Below, piece by piece: positions 52,311 through 64,000 of a stretch of 64,000 bases of DNA (position 1 is the stretch's first letter; every line of letters begins with the position of its first letter). The notes beneath the pieces were generated by a model. That model made no database searches, had not been told where the DNA came from, and worked only from the letters and a program-made list of their open reading frames with translations. This stretch comes from Macrostomum hystrix. Taxonomy: Eukaryota > Animalia > Platyhelminthes. The stretch spans positions 28,830,001 through 28,894,000 of the forward strand of contig CATNEN010000038.1 in NCBI GenBank assembly GCA_950097015.1. Direction: 5' to 3'. A program made the translations under genes and the position numbers.

Positions 52311-53454
52311 GAAACTATAATTAGATTTAGTCAATCGGAGGATACTTGAAGTAGTTCACGCAACCGAGATTATCGTCTCACAGGAAATCTGCACTCACCT
52401 CATGACGTATATTCGTGGCTTAGATCTATGCTGTTTTATATTTCAGATTGGTTCGCTGCTTGGTACTGGGCCTCTTAAAACGATGAAATACTTGCTTCCC
52501 TCTCCGCACTATTTCTAGCCTCTGGAAGTGCAGTGTTAAAAAATATTTCTTTTTAAAAAGGTTCTGAAAGCAGATGAGTGAAAAAATCATGGCAAAAACA
52601 TTGGCAATTCATACCATTTCCTGAATGCGTTCGCTGGTTTCCATTTTGTAGGCACGGAATTCAAGCTCTCGCTTGAACTTGAAAGCGAGCAAAAAGAAGA
52701 TGCTCGCTTTATTTGCTGCACGCAGCGGTGTCATTGTATATGGCAAGCGAATGAAGTCATTTTTTGTAGCTGGTTCAGCTGGGAAAGCTGAACGATGAAT
52801 AGGTACTGATTAATGAATTATTGGGCAATTGTCCCAATTGCGATCGGTTTAAAAAAACTGCGTTGCGACAGTAAAAAGTAGGCCGGTTCATGCAGCATTT
52901 TGTCTTAAAAGCGGGCCTAAGTGCATGGTTGCGTGATGTCGTGTCGTGCACTTTTCTTTGCGCACGCGGCGTTCTTGGAGCTGCTATCGATCCGTTTTTC
53001 TCTACCCTCAAACCCCAGCGCCCCAGCGCTTGTCTGCCGCACCTATGTGTACGTATGGCTTGTACATCTCGCCCGTGGGCCGGCGCTTGCGTAAGCCCAG
53101 GGTGAAGACTTGATAAATTAAATATATTGACTCTGAGAGGAGGCCCGAGCCGCAACCTTCCGCCACCCTGCATTGCTCCTTAATTGAAACAGCCTTCAAT
53201 TCAGTCCAATTTCAAACCTCGCTGGGCCAGTCGTCGGCCGTAAGTACCCTGAGTTCTTTTCTGCCATTCCTTGGGATCCGGGACGGGTGGCACCTGACTG
53301 GGACCTGGGGCTGTCGCAGCTTCCCCAAAGGCTGTAGGACCGTGAGACACAACACGTGATAGAGGTAAATTATTTTTGGATTTACATGCAGCTCGTATTT
53401 AAATACACGGCCCGAATAAATATTTCAGTATTACATATTATATAATGTGCTGCG

Positions 53455-53757
53455 TGCCAAAGTGGTTAACGCGTTTGTCTTTTGGTCCCTGAGCTCGATT
53501 CCGCGACGAGGCCACATTCATTTGGGGCGCCGCCGCTGAGAGAAGACTTGGGGTGTAAATTGAGGGCCACTCTACAAAGCAGTGATAGTGCACATTACCG
53601 GACACTGTATAAGTCGGGGCAGATGTACACACCTGTGTCTGTGTGAGTGTGTGCTCAGGAGTCAACGAAATGGGCGGAACTGCCTCCTCGCTGGCTGTGG
53701 GTCTAGTGTCGCCAATATGATTTGCAATTTTCCGCAAACGTCCTGCAATTATTATTA
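53455..53757 (+). mobile_element. SINE family 2 copy
   Basis: Colinear with the family. Confidence 0.78.
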
Positions 53758-54225
53758 TCTATGCTATGCTAATTGTCTTTCATCATCACCCAAACTAAAT
53801 CACAATTCATTACGTGTCCATGACAATTAATAGCGATAGCGATAAATTACTAGCTGATTATGTAATCGTAATCGCACCACCCCTTAGGTTAGTGTACATC
53901 GCCGAACCAATCAGGGCAGCAGGTCACGGCTGTGCATCGCGCAGGGTCAAGGCTACGTTTGCAAAGTTTGCCTTGCAGTCAAGGTCCACATTCGCGATTC
54001 ATAATAAAAACTACATAACAAAATACTTTTTTATCAAACGACAAAATCTTTGAACATTTACTATAATAATGATAAAACTAATAAAAACTGTGCTGTGAAA
54101 TCACACGGCTACTATCAGTGTGTATTTTTATGAAAATTACAAAATGATCAGCGATTCGTTTTAAAAATGCTCCAAGCAATCTACTTGAGTGAGTAGCGAT
54201 GAACAATGAGCAGGGCTTCAATGAA

Positions 54226-54543
54226 TCAACGCGTCTTGTCAGCGTGGCCGAACGGAGAGCTCCAGACGCGCATCTCGCCAGGTTGGTGATTTTTAGCATC
54301 GTAACCGCGACGATTCTCGCGCTGAACAGGCGCGTAGGCGTTGCTCGGATACACCAGATACACGAAGGCGCACACCCCGGCAACGGTTGCTAGGCAGCCG
54401 GCTAGCATGGCCGGGTTGATGCTGCCAGACCGGGCAATGCCTGCTGGGCTGGAGATGCCCCGCAGGTTTGGCCTCTCGGAGGAAGCGCCGGCGCCGGCAA
54501 CGCCTGCCTCAGCTTTGCTCAACAGGTAGCTAAACAGCCTCAT
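54226..54543 (-). CDS. Small single-pass membrane protein (105 aa), weak resemblance to NDUFA4/B12D layout
   Basis: ATG ORF preceded by acceptor atttcag at ~54575 and a possible 5' UTR exon ending at a GTGAGT donor near 55207. Hydrophobic segment MLAGCLATVAGVCAFVYLVY. Family assignment is a guess. Confidence 0.5.
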   Translation of the reverse strand: MRLFSYLLSKAEAGVAGAGASSERPNLRGISSPAGIARSGSINPAMLAGCLATVAGVCAFVYLVYPSNAYAPVQRENRRGYDAKNHQPGEMRVWSSPFGHADKTR

Positions 54544-54649
54544 TGAGTAGGATTTGGGGATGCAACTCTTGTAACTGAAATCAAATTTAGTAACTTATAT
54601 TATTGATTATGGGATAGACTCAAATTTCACTGTACAACACCACGGGTAT

Positions 54650-54985
54650 TTATTATTATTATTATTATTTGCAGGAGGGCTGCGGGCAATGGCACATCAT
54701 TTGGTGACACTTGACCAGCAGCCAGCGAGGAGGCAATTTTGCCCATTTCGCTGACACCTGAGCACAGACGCACAGATACACAGACGTACGCAGGCACACA
54801 CTCACAAAGGTGTGTACACTTCACTGTGCCTTGGAGGTTGGCCCTCAAGGGCGTAAATTGCACGACAAGCCCCCAAGCCTTCTCTTTGCAGCTGCGCCCC
54901 AAATAAAGTGGCCTCGTCGCGGAATCGAACTCAGGGACCTTGGTGGGAGAGGCAAACGCTTTAATCGCTCTGCCAGCGACCCCCG
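54650..54985 (-). mobile_element. SINE family 2 copy
   Basis: Colinear with the family; AAT/ATT-repeat tail. Confidence 0.8.
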
Positions 54986-56184
54986 TTGGGGGATATTTCA
55001 AATACCCACGTTCTACTTTTTAAATATCCCCTAAAATATAAAACCAATTGACATAATAATCAAAAACATAGGCTATAATTTCCCCCCCCTATCCGATCGA
55101 ACAGCTTCCAGAAGCACAAAAAATCGGCATCGTCGAGACATTCGACGATTCTCGTCCGGGTGTCTGTTGGAAAAAACCTTTAATGTCGGCTTAGCTTTTC
55201 TACTCACAAGATGTGACTATGTAACCATGTCGCTATTCTTTTAGATTATATTGTATTGATAATTGTTAATTTTTGTTGAACCAATATGGATTCGCCATAG
55301 AGGTTTACACAGAGCAACGTTGCTGTCCTTGTCACCTGGGTCTTTGACAACAATCGCTGAATATCTCGACGATGATGACGTCGGACGGCTGTGAAAGTTA
55401 GTTAATCGTGATTTTAATGAATACTGTTTTATTCATGTAGTGGACTTTCACGAAAATCGGTCATTCAGTTTGGGAGCTATCTTGAAGAAGGCAGTGGGTA
55501 TGGTATTTTTACTATCAATACAATTGGACCAGAGGTACAGCCAGTGCGACACCTTACATCTTACACAACGCAACTTTGCTGCGTACAGGCTGTTCAGTCC
55601 ATGGACTGTAGAGTTGTCCCGCATATATACAAATTTATTTTTTTAACTAACTAAACTACACGAAAAGCCCACTAAGCCGTCACTACGCGGCTGTATAAAA
55701 CAAAATTCAAATGGAAAATTACTGAAATTGGTATTGTACTGAACTTTTTATTCTAGACTTTTCTAGCCCAAAGCAAAAATAGAAATTCGTCATGCAATTG
55801 CTGAGGTCATTTGACTGGTCCCAACTCTAACTGACTTTCCTTATCTAGCGTAAATATTACATTAGAACTACTTATGCCTATAAAAAACACAAGGACTGAT
55901 TAAAAATGTCATGAAAATGAATGAAAACTGGAAAAAAAATTATTTTTGCAGCCCGAGCTGAATATTTTAATGATTTCGTGACACATTTATGAATTAAGAT
56001 TAAATTAGCGACTAGACTAAGTTCTGTATACTTTATGGTAGTGTTCATTTAAACACAATGGAAGCGAAAATATATGCATGAAGGCATCCATCACTATGTT
56101 AAAATATGGATAAAGTGGTGCCACATCGTATTAGTGAATAATATGACTGTATTATAATATATTTGGGTTGAAATATCGGCATCG

Positions 56185-56455
56185 GTATAAGGGTCTCGGT
56201 AAATGGGCAATGGCCACAGATTCTAAGGGGCTGGGTAATTGGGTAATGGCCATAGACTGTAAAAGACAATGACCATATATTCTATGGGGCCGAGTCGTTG
56301 GGTAACGACAATAAATTGTAAGAGACTAGGTAATTGGGTAGTGACCATAGATGGTAAGGGGCTGGGTAATTGGGTAATGGCCATAGATAGATTGCAAGTG
56401 ACTGGGTAAGTGGGTAATGATTTAATATCCTAAGGGCTATTTAATTGGGTAATAG
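56185..56455. repeat. Degenerate ~36-bp repeat (gggctgggtaattgggtaatggccataga...)
   Basis: Direct reading. Confidence 0.65.
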
Positions 56456-56566
56456 TAGAATATTAAAATGGTAGTAGGGAATGAAAATGACACAAAAGTA
56501 AAGCAACAATCAAAGATCCACTGTTTTATCTAAATTTCTGTCGCTATCTCATAAAGAAAGACAAAA

Positions 56567-58491
56567 TCAGTCATTATACCAATCCAGAAACCAAAGCGTT
56601 AGCGAAGTAACAATCAGATAAAACAGAAGCCAAAACCGCAGACTAGCATTGTTCTGCATAGCCTTGCGCAGCTGTTCATTGCCTTGGCGAACATTTTCAA
56701 CGCTAGACACAGTTTCAACGTGAATCCGATCAATTTGACCTTCCTGTTCTAGAACTCGTTCCCCGAACTGTCTCTGTAGGCTGGCAATTTCAGTTAACTG
56801 CGATTCAACCTGTTTGACATCGCCGCTCAAAGCGTTGAGCTCATTCAGCATCGATATGCTCTCCTGTTGTAGGGCAGCTTTTTCGTCCGCACTGAGCGAT
56901 TCAACAAGAGGATCGTCTGCCGGTGGCGGACTGTTCAGTTTCTTCGCCTGATCGACGGCCGCTGACGAGGAAGGAGCATTTCGACGCCGTTGAATCACCG
57001 AGGCAGGGACAAAATCGGCGTTTAGGCGAGCTCGGCGACGCCGCTGATGGCATGCAGCCCGGTGCGCGGCTGCGATGGCCTGCGAGATTAATATTGGTAT
57101 TGTGGATTAACGAATGCTGAGATGTATTAACGAATTTTGAGAAGGATTAACTAAAGTTGGTAAGGATTAACGAAAGTTGATAAGGATTAACGAAAGTTGA
57201 TAAGGGTTAACGAAAGTTGATAAGGATTAACGCAATTTTATCACGATTAACGCAATTTGATAAGGATTGACGAAAGTTGGTAAGCATTAACGAAAGTTGA
57301 TAAGGATTAACGAAAGTAGGTAAGGATTGACGAAAGTTGGTAAGGATTAACGAAAGTTGATAAGGATAAACGAAAGTTAGTAAGGATTGACGAAAGTTGA
57401 TAAGGATTAACGAAAGTTGATAGGGATTGACGAAAGTTGATAAGGATTAACGAAAGTTGATAGGGATTGACGAAAGTTGATAAGGATTAACGAAAGTTGG
57501 TAAGCATTAACGAAAGTTGATAAGAATTGACGAAAGTTGGTAAGGATTAACGAAAGTTGATAAGGATTAACGAAAGTTGGTAAGCATTAACGAAAGTTGA
57601 TAAGAATTGACGAAAGTTGGTAAGGATTAACGAAAGTTGATAAGGATAAACGAAAGTTAGTAAGGATTGACGAAAGTTGATAAGGATTAACGAAAGTTGA
57701 TAAGGATTGACGAAAGTTGATAAGGATTAACGAAAGTTGGTAAGCATTAACGAAAGTTGATAAGGATTAACGAAAGTTGGTAAGGATTAACGAAAGTTGG
57801 TAAGGATTAACGAAAGTTAGTAAGGATTGACGAAAGTTGATAAGGATTAACGAAAGTTGGTAAGGATTAACGAAAGTTGGTAAGGATTAACGAAAGTTGG
57901 TAAGGATAAACGGGTGTTTATGGGATTAACAAAGTTAAGGAAGATTTACGACAGTCAAGGAGGATTAACGAAAGTTCATGAGTGTCAAGATAAGTTGAGA
58001 ATGATTACAGAAAGTTGTAGAGGATTGACGAAAGTTGAGTACGATTAACAAAAGTTGCGAAGGATTAACGAAAATTGAGGACGGTTAGCTAAGGTCACCT
58101 GCAGTCGTTCGCGTAGAATCTGAGCGGCTTCGCGCCTGTGCGCCAGAACCTGCGGCCCGCCTCGAGAGGCAGCCGAAGCGGCGCCGGCCATAGACGACTC
58201 GCCCAACTGACCGGTTAAGCCAGCTAATCCGGCATCGCAGGCGGCCAGCATGCGGCTAATCTCATGCTCAACAGCCGGAGTCGTCTTGCCTGACTCAGAA
58301 TCAGATTGCGCTGATTGGACAATGCTGCGAGCTTGGCCAATCAGGGCGTGCAACTGGCGACTCTGCGTGGAGAAATTGCATACAGGCTTTGCTTGCTGCT
58401 GCTTCTGCTGCTGCTGCTTCTGAGATGACTTGATCCCTTTACGCAACTCAAGTGCGGTTACAACCGCACGAAAATTTTTTGTTATGTCAGC
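56567..58491 (-). CDS. STX18: Syntaxin-18 (ER Qa-SNARE); no genomic in-frame ATG found
   Basis: Exon 58491-58099 begins ADITKNFRAVV (STX18 N-terminal DIT..F motif) and contains VLAHRREAAQIL. Exon 57079-56567 has the SNARE heptads (VKQVESQLTEIASLQRQFGERVLEQ...ENVRQGNEQLRKA) and TM anchor ending FLDWYND. Confidence 0.9.
57100..58082. repeat. 20-bp minisatellite (taaggattaacgaaagttga) filling the STX18 intron
   Basis: Direct reading; intron 57080-58098. Confidence 0.96.
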
Positions 58492-58599
58492 CTGAAGTGT
58501 TAGAGATACTGGCAGGTTTTTAGCTAAGAAGTCAAATTCTCAAGGAACTCGTGGAGGGTTAGAGATCTCAGCTAATGGGAGGAAGGAAACTATTTTCCC

Positions 58600-59697
58600 A
58601 TAGATCTAGTGGCAATTGGATTTTTAGGTAGATCTATTGGTAATTGGATTTATAGTTAGATCTATTGGTTATTTGATTGATAGGTAGATCTATTGGTTAT
58701 TGGATTGATAGGCAGATCTATTGGTTATTGGATTGATAGGCAGATCTATTGGTTATTGGATTTATAGGTAGATCTATTGGTAATTGGATTTATAGGTAGA
58801 TCTATTGGTTATTGGATTGATAGGTAGATCTATTGGTAATTGGATTTATAGGTAGATCTATTGGTTATTGGATTGATAGGTAGATCTATTGGTAATTGGA
58901 TTTATAGTTAGATCTATTGGTAATTGCATTTATAGGTAGATCTATTGGTAATTGGATTTATAGTTAGATCTATTGGTAATTGCATTTATAGGTAGATCTA
59001 TTGGTTATTGGATTATAGGTAGATCTATTGGTACTTGGATTTATAGGTAGATCTATTGGTTATTTGATTGATAGGTAGATCTATTGGTTATTGGATTGAT
59101 AGGTAGATCTATTGGTTATTGGATTTATAGGTAGATCTATTGGTTATTGGATTTATAGGTAGATCTATTGGTTATTGGATTTATAGGTAGATCTATTGGT
59201 TATTATATTGATAGGTAGATCTATTGGTAATTGGATTTATAGTTAGATCTATTGGTAATTGCATTTATAGGTAGATCTATTGGTTATTGGATTATAGGTA
59301 GATCTATTGGTAATTGGATTTATAGGTAGATCTATTGGTTATTTGATTGATAGGTAGATCTATTGGTTATTGGATTTATAGTTAGATCTATTGGTAATTG
59401 CATTTATAGGTAGATCTATTGGTAATTGGATTTATAGTTAGATCTATTGGTAATTGCATTTATAGGTAGATCTATTGGTTATTGGATTATAGGTAGATCT
59501 ATTGGTAATTGGATTTATAGGTAGATCTATTGGTTATTTGATTTATAGGTAGATCTATTGGTAATTTGATTTATAGGTAGATCTATTGGTTATTGGATTG
59601 ATAGGTAGATCTATTGGTTATTGGATTTATAGGTAGATCTATTGGTTATTGGATTGATAGGTAGATCTATTGGTTATTGGATTTTTAGGTAGATCTA
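58600..59697. repeat. 28-bp minisatellite (gtagatctattggttattggatttatag) between SLC25A20 and STX18
   Basis: Direct reading. Confidence 0.96.
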
Positions 59698-60221
59698 CTA
59701 AATAAAAAATACGTTAGCAATATCCCTAAAAATATTTTTGTCGAATTAAAACATTCTAAATGAAAAAGTTATAGTTTTCTTGTCTTTGTTTTTTTGATGC
59801 CAAATTTAACTGAATAGATCAGCATAAACAGCAATGTTTTCTCAGGGGTGGCATTATCAAACAGATTTTATAATAAATCAAAATATAATTTGATGAAAAT
59901 AGTAGACAAAACAATACGACAACGAATTCAACAAAAAGAGCTTATAAAGATGGTATCTATTGGGCTTAGTTGCCTTATGTTTGAATTGCTGATGAAACTT
60001 GCACCACAGTATACTACTGTGATTTAATATTTTTGAATAATTAGCCTAAAAGGAATCAAGATAACTCATATTTAATCACTTTGCCATTGGCACAAAACGA
60101 CATTACACAATGGACATAAGCGGCAGTTATAATTATCAATCTTTTATTCTTATGAATTACAAAATTAGCGAGTTGGAAATTAGTTAATAGAATAATGTTT
60201 AGTTGCTAGGCCAATCAGGAT

Positions 60222-62833
60222 TCAGAACAGCATATCCAGTAGTTTAATAGAGACTTCGTAACCAAGAAAACAAGCGGCATTAGCGGGGAAAGCCCTCAGC
60301 AGTACAGGTGTGGCGCCTTTATATAGAGCCGCCGGGCCTTCAGTGGCCATCAGCTCGGCGAATACCGAACGAATGCCATTGGGATAACGACCTTCCGGCG
60401 CTGTCTGCAGGCGAGACTTCAGCACATCCTGGGGCAACGCCACCAGCCAGTTGAATATGCCAGCCATGCCGCCAGCGAGTAGAACTCGACCCGGTGACAA
60501 TTCGCTCTTCGAGTGACCAACTGGGGTCAGCAGCTCCTTAGTCCATTCGTAGCTCATAAAGTACATTCCACTGGCGGGCACGTCGCGTAGTAGGGTGGCC
60601 GCTGTGCCCTACGGTGGTTGAGATGGAGAAGTGGGATAACCGTCTGATAGAGGAGCGGGATAACCGTCTGATAGGGGAATGGGATAACCGTCTGATAGGG
60701 GAATGGGATAACCGTCTGATAGAGGAACGGGATAACCGTCTGATAGGGGAATGGGATAACCGTCTGATAGGGGAACGGGATAACCGTCTGATAGAGGAAT
60801 GGGATAAGTCCGTCTGATAGGGGAATGGGATAACCGTCTGATAAGGGAACGGGATAACCGTCTGATAGAGGAATGGGATAAGTCCGTCTGATAGGGGAAT
60901 GGGATAACCGTCTGATAGAGGAACGGGATAACCGTCTGATAGGGAAATGGGATAACCGTCTGATAGGGGAATGGGATAACCGTCTGATAGGGGAATGGGA
61001 TAACCGTCTGATAGGGGAATGTGATAACCGTCTGATAGAGGAACGGGATAACCGTCTGATAGAGGAATGGGATAAGTCCGTCTGATAGGGGAATGGGATA
61101 ACCGTCTGATAGGGGAATGGGATAACCGTCTGATAGAGGAACGGGATAACCGTCTGATAGAGGAATGGGATAACCGTCTGATAGGGGAATGGGATAACCG
61201 TCTGATAGGGGAATGGGATAACCGTCTGATAGGGGAACGGGATAACCGTCTGATAGGGGAATGGGATAACCGTCTGATAGGGGAACGGGATAACCGTCTG
61301 ATAGGGGAACGGGATAACCGTCTGATAGAGGAATGGGATAAGTCCGTCTGATAGGGGAATGGAATAACCGTCTGATAGGGGAATGGGATAACCGTCTGAT
61401 AGAGGAACGGGATAACCGTCTGATAGAGGAATGGGATAACCGTCTGATAGGGGAATGGGATAACCGTCTGATAGGGGAATGGGATAACCGTCTGATAGGG
61501 GAACGGGATAACCGTCTGATAGGGGAATGGGATAACCGTCTGATAGGGGAACGGGATAACCGTCTGATAGGGGAATGGGATAACCGTCTGATAGGGGAAC
61601 GGGATAACCGTCTGATAGGGGAACGGGATAACCGTCTGATAGAGGAATGGGATAAGTCCGTCTGATAGGGGAATGGAATAACCGTCTGATAGGGGAATGG
61701 GATAACCGTCTGATAGAGGAACGGGATAACCGTCTGATAGAGGAATGGGATAACCGTCTGATAGGGGAATGGGATAACCGTCTGATAGGGGAATGGGATA
61801 ACCGTCTGATAGGGGAACGGGATAACCGTCTGATAGGGGAATGGGATAACCGTCTGATAGGGGAACGGGATAACCGTCTGATAGGGGAACGGGATAACCG
61901 TCTGATAGGGGAATGGGATAACCGTCTGATAGGGGAATGGGATAACCGTCTGATAAGGGAACGGGATAACCGTCTGATAGGGGAACGGGATAACCGTCTG
62001 ATAGGGGAATGGGATAACCGTCTGATAGGGGAATGGGATAACCGTCTGATAGGGGAATGGGATAACCGTCTGATAGAGGAACGGGATAACCGTCTGATAG
62101 AGGAACGGGATAACCGTCTGATAGAGGAATGGGACAACCGTCTGATACAGGAAATGGGATAACCGTCTAAAAAGGAATATGAGAGACCCATCTAAAAATG
62201 GATATGGGATAACCATCTAAAAGGAGATACGGGATAACCATCTAAAAAGGAGATATGGAATAACCATCTAATACGGGAAATGGGATAACAGAATAAAACG
62301 GGAATTGGGATAACCGTCTTATTTGGGAAAAAGGGCAACTGTATGAAGTGTGGAGTGACGCAAGTGTAACCTATTGGACCAAGTCGTGGGCAAATGCGGA
62401 GGTCGTATGTAAATCAGACTATCACCTTGTAGATACTGCGAATGCCGCCCTCCTTATAAAGCTGCTTGGCGCAGTCGACTGGGCCTTTGTACTTCTGCGG
62501 GCCGTGACTGTCGGCCTGAATCTGCAGCAGGCATTTGATCCGCTCGCCTGGTACCATAATGCCAGTGGTGAACACACCGGATAGGCCGCCAGCTAGGAAT
62601 AGTTGAAATTTAGTCAGTGGAACATTCGGATCTTTGATCTGCAATCGTTTGCCAAGATCGTTGCCAAAGAAGCAGACGGCAAACATTGGTGTCACACCAG
62701 CTAGGGGAGCCAGCATGCCTTTGTAGAGGCCCCGAAAGCCTTCCTTGGTGACTGTTTTTTTGGCACAGTCCCATGTGCCTAGGTAGCGAGGCTGCTCACC
62801 GGGTGCTGGCTTTGGCTGAGTCTGCAGCCTCAC
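60222..62833 (-). CDS. SLC25A20: Mitochondrial carnitine/acylcarnitine carrier (5'-partial)
   Basis: Exons 62833-62426 (VRLQTQP...[21 protein letters not shown]...[12 protein letters not shown]) and 60608-60222 ([17 protein letters not shown]...[10 protein letters not shown]...[15 protein letters not shown]). AATAAA on minus at 60143-60148. First coding exon not found in the window. Confidence 0.93.
60630..62320. repeat. 24-bp minisatellite (gggataaccgtctgataggggaat) with 26-bp variants, filling an SLC25A20 intron
   Basis: Direct reading; intron 60609-62425. Confidence 0.97.
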
Positions 62834-64000
62834 CTAAGCAATCAATGGTCAAATTGGTGGATCACTTTTGGACAATATTTTAAATGATAGATAAAACAGC
62901 TGTATCACAAACAAAGAAAAAAATTAGTTTTATCAATATAACTGCTTAAAAATGTCTAAGCAGCTGAAAAACTTGGTATCATGGTAGCATATACTATCAG
63001 TTATGAATAAGATTATTTCATATGAATAACTATCAGCTATTTATAATGAGGCAGTGAATAATTAGGACACTTTTTCATTTTGAATTTCCGCCACTTTTTC
63101 TCACGCGCTAGCTATTTGTCGTAACCTCACGCGGTGCTCATTGTTTGTTGTTTGCGCACTCACGCGGAACATGCACCCACCCCAATTTTGGTATATATAT
63201 ACAGAGAAAAATATAATGCGATCTTCACCTCGATCCCCAACCACACCGTTAACACTGGTTAACTCTGTTTACCTCTGTTTGACCTGCTATACGTTTTCGA
63301 TGTTTTGCTCTACGAAATATAAGCGATTACACTTCCTAACTCTTTCCCTGTTTCACTATTAAATAGACTGAGTTCCTTAGTTATTTTCCTAATAAGAGGA
63401 AAACAGTTAAGATACCTTTGCCTTCCCAATCCTCTCCCATAGATCTCTTGTCGGCCTTCTTTACCAAAAATCCACCCTATTATATGACCCCTTTGAAATC
63501 CCAAAATACCGTCCTAAAATCCCGTCTAAAAATCCATCTGATGTCTATCTGAAGTCCACCTAAGGTTCCCTAAATACCCCCCTGAAGTCCCAAAACTAGC
63601 CTTTATCCCCCTAATGAAACTGTACTAATTCCGGACCCCATAGAGGAAAGTAAGTGAGATTGAAAAGGACGTTCACCAAGCAACTTCGATCCATCCTGAT
63701 ACGCCCCACGGACTGTGTGCCCCAGATCAGTGACCTAAGCCCTCTTGCCAGCAGCAGTCAATTCTTCTCCCAGTGTTAGTAGCTAGTGTCTTGCCACTCG
63801 GGCATTAGCTCTACCTTAGGTATAACACGAACAGCGTGAAAAATACCTATTCTCACCCTCATAACTTACGCTACCATTCCCCCCAAATACTCAGCTCACC
63901 AATCCCAAATCCAACAAATAGAGAGAGAGCTGAGAGGTCTGCTACAATAACTTTATTTTAACATTTTCTTTACAGTATTACTCAGGCTTCTATTGAATTG

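Larger units (their letters stand above)
51541..55500. repeat. Pair of ~140-155-bp inverted repeats (51541-51680 and ~55345-55500)
   Basis: ccactgcct.cttca.gatagctcccaaa..gaatgacc.attttcgtgaaagtccac and ccgacgtca.catc.tc.agatattcagcgatt are shared in opposite orientation. Confidence 0.7.

Noticed and set aside
60554-62216. 545-aa and 535-aa minus-strand ORFs
   Set aside because: Translations of the stop-free 24-bp satellite inside an SLC25A20 intron; the flanking exons join in frame without it.

Overview
Eukaryotic (metazoan) genomic DNA with spliceosomal introns. Gene style and repeat content suggest a free-living flatworm such as Macrostomum; this is an inference and is not proven. Genes in order: (1) an EF-hand/WD40 WDR49-like gene on the minus strand, 3' end outside the window, with a small antisense membrane-protein gene apparently nested in one intron; (2) a Shaw/Kv3 potassium channel (+) followed by a series of candidate alternative C-terminal exons; (3) three DEG/ENaC channel genes, two of them an inverted, near-identical pair that diverges only in one internal block and flanks a caspase; (4) a secreted PAN/C-type lectin protein; (5) a small single-pass membrane protein; (6) syntaxin-18, which has no genomic in-frame start ATG; (7) a carnitine/acylcarnitine carrier (SLC25A20), 5' end outside the window. 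Non-coding DNA contains two tRNA-derived SINE families, a Merlin-type transposon remnant with an 8-bp TSD, several inverted-repeat elements, and many minisatellites that fill individual introns. All exon structures were read by hand from GT-AG signals and frame continuity, and need transcript confirmation.
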